A DNA stretch of 64,000 bases from Balanoglossus misakiensis (taxonomy: Eukaryota; Animalia; Hemichordata), in the NCBI GenBank assembly GCA_040954595.2, contig CM082576.2, forward strand, positions 2,702,760-2,766,759, in the 5' to 3' direction. A program made the translations under genes and the position numbers. Shown here in pieces: positions 28,401-41,812 of this stretch; positions within the stretch are counted from its first letter, which is position 1, and each line of letters begins with the position of its first letter. Under the pieces are notes generated by a model. The model searched no databases. It saw only the letters and a list, made by a program, of their open reading frames with translations, and was not told where the DNA came from.

Positions 28401-31400
28401 TGAGTAGCCGAGATATACACTAATGCTTACAATCATGTAGAATAGGATTTTAAACTAATGTTTCTGAAATTTGAAGACATCTATTCAGGCTGAAAGTGTT
28501 TTGTTAGCCTCATTGACAGACTGATTTATTCTTGTATTAGCAGCATGCATATATTGTTGATAACACGAATTTGTGTGTAATGGTATGTGCATGGGGCTGT
28601 ACAAGTCTTGCTGATGTCATGTCTAGAAAACTATACTCGAAAAATACAACTTGATCTGAGACGCTCCATAAGGTATACAGTGTATAAAATTTTACAGTCC
28701 TGATACAGATTTTGCGGCCCTTGGTCATAGCCATCACATCCTCCCAAGGTCATCAGCTTCTGCTGCACAACCCCAGTAGATGGAATTATCTTGCATCAGG
28801 GTCGTTGATGCTAATACGTATAGGGCATAATCCCAAGATACATACATCATGTATATAATAACCGACTGTGTTCATTAGTAGTGAATTGATATCATAAAAA
28901 TTTCCCATTTCACTCAAGCGTTTTGGCATTATTACGTACCTTGAAACCTCTATAAGTATTGTGAGAATTAACATGTGTGAAGCCAATCGTGATATCCAGC
29001 TGATGAGTATACATGTACCTTTTCTAACTGCACAATAGCAGTGATTATATCAGCTTATATTGTTGAGAAGGTGGCAGCTGATTGTGTCCTTCAAAAAATT
29101 GAAACTGCTTATGGGAGTCTAATCCATCTACAGTACGTATTATACCAAGTGATGAAGGTATACATCCGGGGCATCGTTCTAGACCCTTGAGTGAATCCTC
29201 ACAACATGTCCCTGAGAAATGAAAGTGACAATGTTGCAACTGCTGTAAGGGGCATTGGCACTCAACATGCACGTTGTGAAAATGTAATGCAATATTTCAA
29301 TATTATGAAGGAACAACACTTGATTCAGCTTTTTTCTGTAGCATGAAGAAACTGTACTGGGAACTTTTTAGTAGACATTGTATTCTTAGATTATCTGTAA
29401 ATACAAAATAGAGAATTTTATTTTTATTCATTTTTTTTCCAGAGAGCCTAAAGTAAACGTAAATTGCCCTTTTAAAATTTTAATTAACACAGAACTTCAA
29501 TAAAACTGCCTTCTTGTATGCTGGCATTTACACACGCAGTCTGTCATAATCGTATTTTCACACAAGCTGCAATACTGGTTGCCATAAATCCAATTTCACC
29601 CATATCTCATTCCTGTAAAAGCCAATACAATTTCACCGTTGCCAGAGAAATGTTGTATTTCTCTGTGAAATTTATTTCCAGATTTATGTATACTTGTCAT
29701 TTAGCTGGGAATTAAATCAAACTGCAAGTGAATATTTAAAAGCCACGCATGTTTATGATAGTGTCTGCTATTATACGTTGCAGAGCAACAGAGCCAGGAC
29801 ATATTGTCTGGATAACCTTTCACATTGTGTTTCATTTTGTGTGTCGATCTGTAAACTGAAATCAAAGATCATGCATTTTAACAACAGCAAAAGAAAAACC
29901 CTGTGGAATATACAGTTACAAAACTTTACAATGCAAACACTGTTAGGAGAAAATGCCATGTGATGTGAAAATGGTCTCTAAACGTAAGCAACACTTGGGC
30001 TACTTGGACTTTTATTTGCACCCACTTTCGATTCCCAGCTTACATGTACCCCCCCCCCCCCCTCCCATAACCAATGTGACAATTATTAAACATGAACAGT
30101 GCAGATCTCAATGAGAGCCTGGCTGCATGGCTGCAGAAACGTGACAACAAGAGTTCACTTTGGCACTTTCAATAAGTGGCTGCAGCAATGATTCATATCC
30201 TGAGCTGTTCCTTGGTTACCACGAACGCCAGACATTGTCAGAATAACTGCTACTATTTACAAGGTGTAATATCAAGCTGAAACTCCATTTCCTGCGCAAA
30301 AGTGCAGTCATGGAAACCTTACGGCATATGGCACCCTGGTATACAAGTACATGTATCTCAGTAAGGCCAGTCAGGAAAAAAAAAGAAATTTCTTCTTCAG
30401 TTTTTTTCATAATTACATCATATGACGTTATGGTGATACCAGAGGATTCAATTGCTAGGCAACAGTTGCTAGAGAGAATTTTCAAAATCAATAAAAATGC
30501 AGGGTTTTCTCTACAAATCAGAAAGAATATAGATACAAATCGAAGAGATGACAGGGCACATTGTATTTTGTGTAGGTGTCTGAGCTGAAATCAATCCCTC
30601 CCAACAATCAGCTATTTTAAATATGAATGTACTTTCTTCTCGATACAATATGTCTTTTCTTTTAAGATACTATCATATTTTCCTAGGTGCTTTTCTCATA
30701 TACAACATACCAATACGTGTACTTGATGATAGGCTAATTTTATCTCTTGTAATACAGAGATAAAGCAGTGAAAAATTGATAAAGGTATTAATTGCCTGGC
30801 ACCACATGATAATTTAATTTCCTTTGAGCCAGTTATAAACTTACTGCTCTGTTAGGAGTACCAGCATTTCAATTTTACTTGAGATAATTGGTTTTGCCTG
30901 AAACAAAAAAACTTTCACCTGAACTATTTTGACCTGCCATATTGTAAATGCAATGTACATACCGCCAGATATTTTAATTTAGTACACAGATTACCATGAC
31001 ACGATTTTGCTTAATACATAGCTTAATCTGAGTGAAGAGTGTGGCCACGGGAAGGTACTGGTATTCAGGCATTGCTTCATGCAAAAAAGTACTGAAAAAT
31101 TTATTCATATTTCAATGTAATAGGTATTAATATTAAACAGCAAACTGTTTTCCATTGTTGTATGATTGATGGTGGAAAGTCCCACTGTGCATAGAATTCC
31201 CAGCACCATACGGAAAGAGACCAGCATCTGAAATTCAAATACCTGCTGTGCTCACCAGTACAGGTACATGTTACATGCAAATCCTACGATAACACCTGCC
31301 TGTTTGATTGTTGTATTCACCCAGAAACATTGATTGATAACAAAACAGGGAATTGTACCCGTCAATGTTTTTTTTTGCAAAGTTCTGCAATGAATGATGG

Positions 31401-33724
31401 GGCCATTGTAGCAAAATCATACAATACCCATGCAACCAGCAATATCTGAAAAATATACCCTTACAAAAACGATTTCATTTGCATAAATTAAATTGCATGT
31501 TTTGAGCTGGAACATATGCGGGTGTACTCACAAAAGTCTACTTTGCAACGCACCATAGAAAGTAAATCTTGCTTAATATGTTTAAATCTCCATTACCATG
31601 ACTGGTAACATAGTTTCTTTTATCAGACTGCACTTACTTCCAAAGATGAAAGCTAAAGCTCGGTCTGCGTATTAAATGATGTATGGCGCACTGATGCAGG
31701 TGGTGCGATATTTACATAGTTTTTCTTCTGTTTACGACTCTACTCTGGCAGGCTGAGAACTATCAAGGATCCATTATCACAAACCCTTGAAATTGAGTTT
31801 CCTACTTTGATGCACTGAGATTACTACACTTGCCAGTTCTTGCCAAGTAACAACTCAACCGTTTGAGAGAACAAACTTTTTATTCAGTTGAATCTATTCC
31901 TCAGTGATCATTAGAAATTTGACAGTGGACGTAGTATTGGTCTAAAACTTAGTATTTAATATTCTGTGATGAATAAAAATTCAGGATGAATCACAGCTCC
32001 AGAATTCATGTCATGACTAATGTAACTGTTCAAAATATCATCCATCCATCATAATCATCATCATCACCACCCCCACCATCATCATCTTCACAATTTTTGT
32101 ACAGCCTTCCAGCTCCAAAAGTTCAAAATATCATCCTTCCAGCTGCATGCATTTTCTGGTGAGTCATATAAAAAAAGCTGCAGTAGACTTCATCTGGTAT
32201 TATTCTCGTATCCTCTTTATTTAAAAAATGCATGTACAGGAAATAAAGAGAACGAAAAATGTAGTCTGTACGAACACAGAAAAAGTAGCGGTAAAAAGTT
32301 CCACATGTTCAGATACTGGAACCCCAGAATAAATTGAAAGTAGCCTGACAGGAAAGACAAGCCCCTTCAATTAGAAGGAAATCAGAACCATTTTTCTGTC
32401 ATGGTTTTGTCCTGTTCCCTCATTAAAACAGGCAAGAATTGTGCCCGTTTCAAATTACACTCATGGGTAAACCAAGTTTTACACTACTCAGGTGTCTTGA
32501 TGTGTGTACAATCAATGCACGGAAGACAGCATTACGCTTTAGGGCAACAGCACGTCATAAATTTATCTATACCTTTCAGAGTCCATTAAATTCTTCGTTC
32601 CTGTCACATTTCAATTTTAGCAGATGCACTTTAACAGCTAGCAGAACACATTATGGTTCTTGTTGGGATTTTAACAGTAGTGTGATAATGACTACTGTAA
32701 ATATATCTACTGTTATAGTTATCATTGAATGGCACAAAAAATAGAAATTGTGTGTAATACAAGGAGGACAACACTTACCGATGCAATGTGTGAGCCATCC
32801 ACTGTGCGCTACTTGATCAGGCATGATATAGACGTCACTAAGGTACCAGATTCCTCGCCAAACATTAATCACTCCGAAACTCACCACAGACAGATAAATG
32901 TCTTCAAAGATGATCCGTGAGACTTTCTTGAGCCTCCTGGTAATGTACGCTGTGCAGTGTTGCATGAGATAGCTGGCTAGAGTTATTCCATAGCCGATAC
33001 TCAGAGAAGTCCATCCAGACATTTCCATGTCTGCTGGAAACAGCGTGTTATCCAGAAGGGTCCACGTTCCTCGCCAGAAGGAGACTATTGCCGACCCAAC
33101 CACAATCACTGTGAAAAGCAAATCTAATATGTACAAGTATACGTCGTTTGAGATATCTGTCCTGAACCTTGTCAAGAGAGTAAACCTGTGATTGCTGTCA
33201 AAGTGTAAATAGAACGGTGGTCTTAAGGCATTTCTGCTGCTTCTCAGCAGCCACAGAACCACTAAGGACACAAACGTGCAAACGAGAGCGCTCATCAACC
33301 CATCTCCTGTGTAGTTGTCCCACACATGCCAGACCCCTCGCCAGTAACTGACGCACCCAATAGCCAGGATGTACGTGTGCACCCGGCTCACCACATGCCA
33401 CAGGACGCGGCGCTCCCGGCTGACGAAGCGCTTGAGCGTCGACTGCCACATGTGCATGACCAGCATGATGAGGAAGCCCAGCACGAAGGAGAGCCATCCA
33501 CTGGCCTCGTAGTTGTGCGGGTTCACCATGGTGTCCATGATGTACCAGGCGCCGCGCCAGAAGAAGATCACCGCCGTGGTGGTCAGCGTCAGAAGCGCCA
33601 TCACGTCCAAGAGACACAGGCACGCTCCCTTGCACAAATGCCTCTTCTTCGATCCCTGCGTCCCATTTTCACTCGGATCGTGCAGGGGTTCCAACGCAGT
33701 TTCTGAATCGCGATCATCGGCCAT
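13246..33724 (-). CDS. Fuseless-family multipass membrane protein (424 aa, 3 coding exons)
   Basis: Coding exons are 33724-32779 (946 nt, ends HCI-G|gtaagt), 17412-17294 (119 nt, GCAVIFAMGVGRSLLTIGCAIDGDLGDGRGVLYPHYIRMK|gtaggt) and 13455-13246 (210 nt, ADKTIRSPYEES...KVWYF*). All junctions are GT-AG with polypyrimidine tracts, the phases match, and the total is 1275 nt. Four repeated WRG-x-W motifs (FFWRGAW, SYWRGVW, SFWRGTW, NVWRGIW) lie in hydrophobic helices, typical of the Drosophila fuseless family. Confidence 0.88.
16498..16685 (+). mobile_element. Possible truncated TTAA-flanked non-autonomous DNA transposon fragment
   Basis: It begins TTAA-GGTAGTATGCGCCTC, resembling from recall an abundant TTAA-flanked MITE end in marine invertebrate genomes. 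The opposite TIR was not found in the window. Confidence 0.3.
17294..17412 (-). CDS. Fuseless-family gene, second coding exon
   Basis: Strong acceptor (ttctctcttctctgtggtttcag), phase-1 start matching the upstream exon, open frame, and a gtaggt donor in phase 0. Confidence 0.82.
24914..25131. repeat. Tandem duplication of a ~115-bp unit, each copy containing an imperfect inverted repeat
   Basis: AAGTTTTGTCTTCT-TT-ATATTTTTGTGGGGATGGAAAAGGAAGGAA...GGAAAATTCCC-T-CTTTATCC occurs in units starting at 24914 and 25032. Confidence 0.85.
32037..32088. repeat. Imperfect (CAT)n/(CAC)n simple repeat in the fuseless intron
   Basis: The sequence reads atcatccatccatcataatcatcatcatcaccaccccaccatcatcatc. 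Confidence 0.7.
32779..33724 (-). CDS. Fuseless-family gene, first (main) coding exon
   Basis: ORF 32651..33724 trimmed at the GTAAGT donor (32778-32773). The acceptor ttgtcgtttcag lies just upstream, so the exon starts at 33746. Confidence 0.9.
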
Positions 33725-36700
33725 AGTAGCTGTGCTTTGATGCTCGCTGAAACGACAAATGTTACTTTTACTGGTACTTTTTCCCCTTTTATGTAGCTAC
33801 TAGGAATTCTGTGACAGAAGCATGGTCACCCTGGTTACCATGGTAATCATAACTGTGATAGAGAATCCTAAGCGTGCCATTGTGTGTTTGGTTCCACTCT
33901 ACTTGTCTGTGGGTTGGTCATTCATTTTGATTCCTGAAAATGAGAGAGAGGAGCAGATAAGACATAAGTCATCAGTCTGGAAATCTGACTGTAATTTATA
34001 CATGTACAGATGTGTAAATTTTAAAGAAACTTCAGGCACAAACATGTGACTAAAAGATCCCACCACTAGCAATTCTATGATCTGCACCAAAGAACAATTG
34101 AGCAAATATCATTTACTGAAAACTTACTAATGATGGCAATGATTCAAAACTGCAGGTACCCACTTCCTTTGAATATTCATTTTGTGATAAAAATCCGCTT
34201 CCATTACAGAAAACATTCCTCAGCAGGCTACCTGGTTGTGTGACTGACGGTTTCACCCATCAGTGAACATAATGCATTCACCCGAATCCAGGTACATCTT
34301 TTCATCAGAACCATTTACTATCAGACAATATCCATACAAGTGCAAGCCTCTTTTCATTGCATGCAGTGCTATTCAAATTGCCGGAACCCATTAATGCCTA
34401 CAAGCACAGCCTCTATGTCATTATTATGCCATGCCACGGATTCTCTGCACAGTATCAGTGACAATGACTTGGATATCAGCTATCAAAAAAAGTGGGACAC
34501 AGATTGATTAAATAAATTAGATAAACCTGATAGTTACATTTAGATGTGTTTTCTAATAGCTATTTGGTGAAAAACAATTCCCTTAAGAGTCTATGGTTCC
34601 CACTGTTTTGTATTGTCAATGAAGAAATCTGCCATATAAAACTGATTTCTTTTTTTTATTGAAAATATACATGTACCAGTAGGGGTGTTATTAATCAAAG
34701 TATAGTGATGAGGCGATATGATTATCTATTTAAGCACATGTGACATTAAACACCTTTGTATATTCTTTTTCAACTTTTGTAAGATTCACAATGCCTGAAA
34801 TATAAATATGGCACTGCAGTGGAACCAAAAAATTGCTCACTCCCCATAATTCATTACACTGACACATTTTCCATCTATGTAGTGACTGTGTATGATCATG
34901 CAGGCATACATTAATGATTTTGCCTTTTATTCTGCTATTATCGAACGAAACTCTGAAGATACCTATAATTTAACAAAACACTGATTTCAAAATAGCTGGA
35001 AGTTACAGTAGATGACTAGCAATGGGTGCACCCATAAACTGCCTGATGACCACGAAACACAAAGTGCCTTGGGCTTTGTATGCGTGGAAGTTTGATGTTT
35101 CACTCTCATTAGAAACATAATTTCAGACAATATAAAGGGAACATATTCAGTCCTAGTAATCTCTGACATTTTCCTTTACTACAGTACACCATCATTAGCT
35201 CTTCTGTCCTCAGGTAACAAGAAATCTTGACTAAAAAAGACGGATAAGATTTGCTTTGTATGGTCAATGTGAAGATCGACCGAAAAACTAATTCTGGGGG
35301 AATATCTGCTCTAGATCTCTAGGTCAAAACAAATTTTACGCATTACGCATCCTCTGGGTGATCTGTTTTAAATAACATTTTATTTCTCATCATATGGCAT
35401 TTCTATAAAAAAATGGTAAGAACGAAAACAAGCTTGAAAAGACCTGCGAGTTGTGCTCAAAGTAAATTATGTAGTATTATTTGGGTATATACCGGTATAA
35501 TGTGAAAGGATCGAACACAGATGGTGTACTTTTGGACATTAAAAAATTACTTTTGCTCTAGTTAATTTGTTTACTAGGCTGTAGTTAGTTTGTGTCAGTG
35601 AGATATCAGGCTTTTGGAGGCATAATCGATTCAGGAGCACTATATCAGAAATGTATGTGCTGTAGATGTGTTCACTTGAATTAAAACTTGACAATGCACT
35701 GTGAAACCTGTGTCCAAGGAAGTAATACAAGCACCCACATACTATCGGATGAACTTTATATAAACCCAGATAAACGAAATTAATAATAAAGCACGTTTAC
35801 CAATAATCCAAAATGTAATCAGATAGTATTAAAGTATTCTTTCAGGTTCAATAATTAATTTTTTTTCATTACGTACAGTAAAATGATAGGAATGATATCA
35901 ATGGCATAGTGTGGGTGACAAATACCATAATCCAGGCATCACGCTCTCAATCGGAACAAGAAGCAAAATGGCTGAAGATGTAGTGTTTTTGTGCAGAACA
36001 ATTACATTTAATGTGCTTTACAAGAGCACAACTACATATTAAACACATTAAGTCACCCTTCATAAATATGGATATAAACATAGATACATGCAATGCCTGA
36101 TTAAAAAGTGGAAAAGCATGGAAAAGTAGGACTGACAGAGTAAATGATCCATTCAGATCTGGTTCACTGGTCACTATGAATTCTCACTATGACAGTCCAA
36201 TATAAACATGTGTACGTGTAGCTCACTCTCTCTGAGGAGAAAGTTGGCAGTTTCAAGTTTAAAGTGCTAAAAGCAGAAGTTTGTTAAATATGCAAATTAG
36301 AAGTTAATTAAAATCCACCACACTAAATATTTCCTAAAATATGCAGATGATTATAAGTCTCAATACCTGTACAAAGTTCCATCCAATTTGGTAGTGTAGT
36401 TTTAAAAATATGCCATTAATTAGAAAAGTTCATTAAATATGCAAATTAGCAATTAATTGGTGTGACACCTTATACCACCATAGTCAAGTAGGCCTAAAAT
36501 TTGGTGTGGTAATTCTCTATATATGCAGATGCTGTCATGGTGCACTCCATAGACAAACCACTATCACAAAAATGTTGATCTTTGTTAATTTCATCAATAT
36601 GCAAGACACACCCACCAAATGCTAATCTAATGTTAGGGAGGGTACTATGTGGCCAAGGATGCAACATATAAAACAGAAACTTTCAGGAATAAATTGCTGT

Positions 36701-38026
36701 TTTCTGTCAAGAATTATTGAATTCCTAACTCCCAAAAGTAGTAGGAAATTTACCCCATCATATACTAACAAGGAAACAACCAGTATTTATATGGTGGTCA
36801 CATGATATTGATTTTCATAGACCTATGAAACAATCAATTTTTACCATATTTTGTAAAATGGAGTAAAGTTTGATTGATCCTCAATCCTACATCATAAGCT
36901 CATTTAGACCCAAATGAACAATCCATAATCCTAGCTTTCATACTTTAAAAACACATATGTTTGTACAGTCCATATCCATGCACACAGGGAATTTTATTCA
37001 CAATTCACTAAGTCACTGACTTTCAAGTAACTCTGTAATCTGCAGTGGATTCCAGTAGTCACCCTCGACCCACAGCCTGTGATTTGACAACCGTCATCAT
37101 TTATTCTCTAAATGTTGAATGCACAAAGGTTATAGCTGTCCTCTCTGCCTTGCTATTTAGGAGCTTGTAAATGCCCATATTGTAAAGGAATACAATGGGT
37201 AAACAACTCCAGTCTTTGACTAGTATCACTGCATTGTGTGGGATTTGTGTCATCAGACACATTCATCTGTAACCCTGGCAGAGGCAACCTTCCAATAGGC
37301 AACATTTTCGAAAGGTTGAAATAACAATAATTTTTTTAAAGAGAGCTCACAACAAGGTCCCTTTACTCCTTTAGTAACCTTCCAAATGGTAGAAAACTGA
37401 ACGACCGACAAAACAGTGCTATTAAAACCAAACAATCGAATTGATAAACTTTAGAATGGACTATCATATTGAACAATGTGCATTGAATTCATTTCACTAC
37501 AAACACTTGTAAGACTGTGTGGAATATGTTAAAACTGATAGTGGTACCACCAATCATACTAAAATTAAGTCTGCGTCTGATAGCGTTGTGACACGTTAAT
37601 AATGTCGGACAAGGATTATAATTTGTAACATCAAAATAGATCACAACGAAGTCGTGAATATAATTCCATGCACACTGCACTAACACTGCGCTGACCACTC
37701 TATTTGTTGTTGTTACAAACTGAAAGAAATGTACATGTCCTAAACTGTGGTACGTGTAACGGACGTAGATTCTTATATTAGATGGAATTATCGATATGCA
37801 TAAAACTGAAATGGTATTTCTTCCCAACAAATACGTCCAACAGATATATTACAACACATCAAAATAACGGAACTATGACTCTTGCCACTATCTGAAAAGC
37901 GCGGGTAAGTGAATTAATTTAGCAGTCGACAAAAATTACTTCATCCACCACTCACCCCCCGGCAAATTTGTCAAGTTTGGGTTGTTGAATCATAGATAGT
38001 AGGAGAAGACTTTACTTTAAACTTAC

Positions 38027-38987
38027 CGCCACGTATTCCAGCAACACGACAGATACGTCCATATGTGCTAAACTATCAACTATGTGAACACCACTCTGTT
38101 ATTTATTATTTTTTGCTAGCTGTTCTTTCGGAGAGCATCATTCCCACCGGAATCACGACTAGATTTTTTTATAGAGGTGGTAGAGGGCGCACGTCTCCCC
38201 GTAGTACTATCTTCGTGTAATCCATGCTCTACTATGTACAATGATTTTCCCGATATGTTAGTTATGTTTCAAGTATATTCCAATTCAGGACATTAAATTC
38301 ATTCGACAAGGGAAGTGCACATTTTGCGTATCAAATCGCTTCTTGCAGCACTCACGGACGTTGTAATTTTCAACTGTGGATTGTGGTCATACACATTTTG
38401 CGGGCGTTTCGGGGACCGCTTTTAATATTTTCTGACCCTTTTTTGGGTGGGGTTTTTTTCTCGATAAATGTTACCAAAAGCTATGTATGTTAACTCCAAT
38501 ATATAAGGTGTTAGGCAACTATATCGAAAATGAACGTTTTATTATACTTGTGCAAAAATCGGTCATTTACATCGATGTTTAATTTACGCTGAAACAAACC
38601 CATTTTGTGGGCGTTTCTGGGACCGCTTTATTTTCTGACACTTTTTTCGATGTTTTTCTCTCTCGATAACTGTTTCCAAAAGCTATGTATGTTAACTCCA
38701 ATATATAAGATGTTAGGCAACTATATCGAAAATGAACGTTCTATTGCTTTACAAACTGAATCATTTTCTCACTTAAAACCATTTTTTTATTTTTCTCACT
38801 TTGGACGTCAAACATATTTTTGGTATCTCAAACATCTATCGACAGAGCCCTCCTAATAAACCTAGGGGGTCCTGTCTTGAGATAGGGGCTTGATTACTTT
38901 ACCCCCAGCGAACTGTAAATATAAACTTGACTGTCTTCTGGAAACATGGCGACGTTTGTGTCAGTAGGGTTGTAAACGAGCTAAAGG
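38027..38987. promoter_or_regulatory. Putative bidirectional promoter with divergent non-coding first exons of the fuseless gene (-) and the TPC-like gene (+)
   Basis: Minus-strand donor GCG|gtaagt at 38027/38026 and plus-strand donor AGG|gtaagg at 38987/38988. The region is CpG-richer than the flanking introns and has a YY1-like AACATGGCG at 38943-38951. Both first coding exons have their own acceptors upstream of the ATG (33746 and 41735), so upstream 5' UTR exons are required. Confidence 0.55.
38394..38750. repeat. Direct duplication of ~150 bp (38394-~38545 and 38601-~38750)
   Basis: Both copies read CATTTTG-GGGCGTTTC-GGGACCGCTTT...CTCGATAA...CCAAAAGCTATGTATGTTAACTCCAATATATAAG-TGTTAGGCAACTATATCGAAAATGAACGTT. 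Confidence 0.92.
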
Positions 38988-41812
38988 GTAAGGCAACATT
39001 TCCATCAAACGATTTACGAGTTTTATTCGAAAGGCTTTACAAATGTATACTCAAAAGACAAATTGCTGACCAATCTGGAGTGTGGCAGTGTGTGGTGTGA
39101 GGCTGTTAAGTTTGCAAGCCGATCACTTAAAGTTTGTTCATATAGATTTTGTAATAAGATAAAGAATATTGATCGAGAAGGTGCATGGCGACGTATCTGG
39201 TAATATTTTAATGTTGATGGGGATTCGGGTTGATCTCAGTAGACGGGCCAACAATTGCATCTTATATCTTTGTTTTTAAGTAATAGAAATGTACTTATAA
39301 AACCATAGATAGATGATCGACGTCGTACAACCAAAAACGTCCTTTGTTTCGTATGTCCGTGTGTGAGTAAACCTCAAACGTTTAGTCTAGCTGTACCGTT
39401 ACGTGTCACTGCATCGTGTACAACAAAACGGTTAACTTGTCCAGGCGTTACCTTTCTAAATACTGTCTATACATCATGGTTGTGTCTGGTCGGCCTTGAC
39501 AGCTAGCTGGTCACGCCATTGTATACTACCCCCCCCCCCCCGTCTTCCATTGTGTACACCCGTTGTCACCATCACTGTATGTTATGATCATGCAGCCATG
39601 ATTCAGTCAGAATGCATTTGTACACAAAGTGTGCATAGCAGTGTACTCACACATTTGACTCGGATGTGTGAAAAGTACATGTAATAAGGAACTTGATCAG
39701 TCTCAGAATAATTCTTTGATTGAAATAAGACCTTCTTGTGATTAATGAGGTGTCTGTTTTCCTTTTTGTCCAAATGCCAATAATTTATAGATATTTTACT
39801 GAATTTAGTTTGGAAACTAAAACCTCAGGTGATTCAACCTTGAAAAACAAATGCCGGTTTTAGATGGTATGTGTTTTAACCAAATACTATTGCGATATCA
39901 TCATCTGCATGCTTTGAAAATCAAAAACAAAGCCTTCTGCTTGATTGTCCTCATCGACAAGTGTGTTTGTGTGTTTTCACAACTATGAAGCTTGTGCAGG
40001 TATGAGGTAGTGCACATTTTAATGAAGTTAAATGTTAATTTGGTTTTGTTCAATTAAAAACAATTGCACATGTTGAATTATATAATGGCGGTGTCTCTAC
40101 CAGAGTTGATGGAATGGACAATGCCAAGATTAAGTCGCCAAGTCGTCTCTATTGTCATGGTAAACAATCCCCCTTGCTTTTTAAGGCGGTGAGTGTCTTG
40201 ACCACGGTTCTATTGTTCCGGCATTGTCGCCTGAAAAAAAACTTGTACCGCTTCTGTCACTGTCAGAATGCTGCGTATTGGTGACTAGGCCCCGAAAACG
40301 ACAATCCCTGTCCACATGTTCCCTAACTATTTTCTGAGTACATTTGGGTTGTTAAGAAAAAGTTGAGTCGTGATTTCGGATATTGGTGATCGACTGTAGC
40401 ATGTTTTTGGTTGCCAGTGAGGCTTATCAGCACAACTAAAGGTATGTACACTCAGAGAACTGCCTTATAGCAGGGTAACAAATGACCATTATGGCTGTCG
40501 TGTCTTGTATATCGTACGAACAATCAATGCGACTGAATATTCCTGCCTCGTCACCAGGTTGAATTATTCATCATTTGACATCGTGCTGTTGTAGTCTAGT
40601 GTCTGGTGTATTTTATGCAGCGGGGTGTAAAAGAGTCTGAGGCAAGTATATTGCTGATGATTGTTATGAAGTTAATATTAATGGACTGTTCTGTACGGTT
40701 TGTGTGGGAACAAACCTGTACATTGTGTGGATGGTCTGGAATGGTCCGTTTTACTTGTGTTGGTGTAATTTTATAATACTGCATTTAAGTACATACCTGA
40801 TGAAGAAAGACATAAGCAGGGCTTAGGTTTCACTGAGTTGTTGGTTCTTGACGCTAAAAATTATTGGACTTGCAAATGGTAAAAACCACACCAATAACAA
40901 TAACAATACATGTGTTGAATCTCGGGCATCAGATTTGAAAATGAAAAATGAAAACCATCGGGCAGAAAGAATCACATTGCAGCAGTTTGGGATCTTTCAT
41001 TGAGCATTTTAGCATTTACAGGAAAAAAAATCGACAACAGTGTGAATGATACATGTGGTGTTATAATGTTGAGCCATAAATCTTATTTTTTGTGGTTCTT
41101 ACGGGACTTTTAAGAGGTCATTCACTCAATGGTACTTCATTATCAATCGCATTTTTACTTCTCCCATGTCTCAGTGACAGCCGTAATAAGATACAGCCAG
41201 CCATACACTTTCACATCACCAGTGTTTCCTTGTTTCTATGGCAATTACCTAAAAGTCGAGGGCTTTACTTCAGATGCATGTGTCTTGGCTTTTGATTCAA
41301 TAAAATTTATGGTATGTTTTTTGTGTGAAATACAACATATTTCCTCCTGTTCTGTGAAAAATGAAATGTTCCTGTGTGTATATACTTTTAATAGCAGAGC
41401 AAAGTTGCAGTTTCTGTAGATTGGCTTGATTTGAGTATCATTAAATTAATACCCACCCACTTGAGTTCTTAAGTTGCCAATGAAACATTCAAGTACCCTC
41501 AAATGCTCAGATAACCTCTGACCTTGGGATTGATTAGTGTGGTACTGCAGATTGAGCAGAATTGACTCGTGTTGTCAACGGTATGAGAATTTTTTACAGG
41601 TATTCCCTACTTTTTCTGGTGAGCAACCTCGAATGGAACAGAATACCACATAGTCTAGTGGTATATCTTAGCATATTCCATACTTGTGGATCACTTTGTA
41701 TGTCACGATAATTGGTTCTTTTTGTCGTTTGCAGAGAGTGGTTGGACCATTCGTGTGAAGTCTGGCATGCCCGGATAAAAGAGATGTCAACACGGACCTC
41801 AGAGACCACATT

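Noticed and set aside
33198-33740. Overlapping ORFs 33198..33635 (-), 33326..33706 (+) and 33513..33740 (+)
   Set aside because: These are shadow ORFs caused by the high-GC3 patch of the fuseless exon and show no independent protein features.
36284-36450. Repeated TAAATATGCAAATTAG (octamer motif) as a POU enhancer
   Set aside because: The context looks like an internally repetitive interspersed repeat, so a regulatory role cannot be supported.
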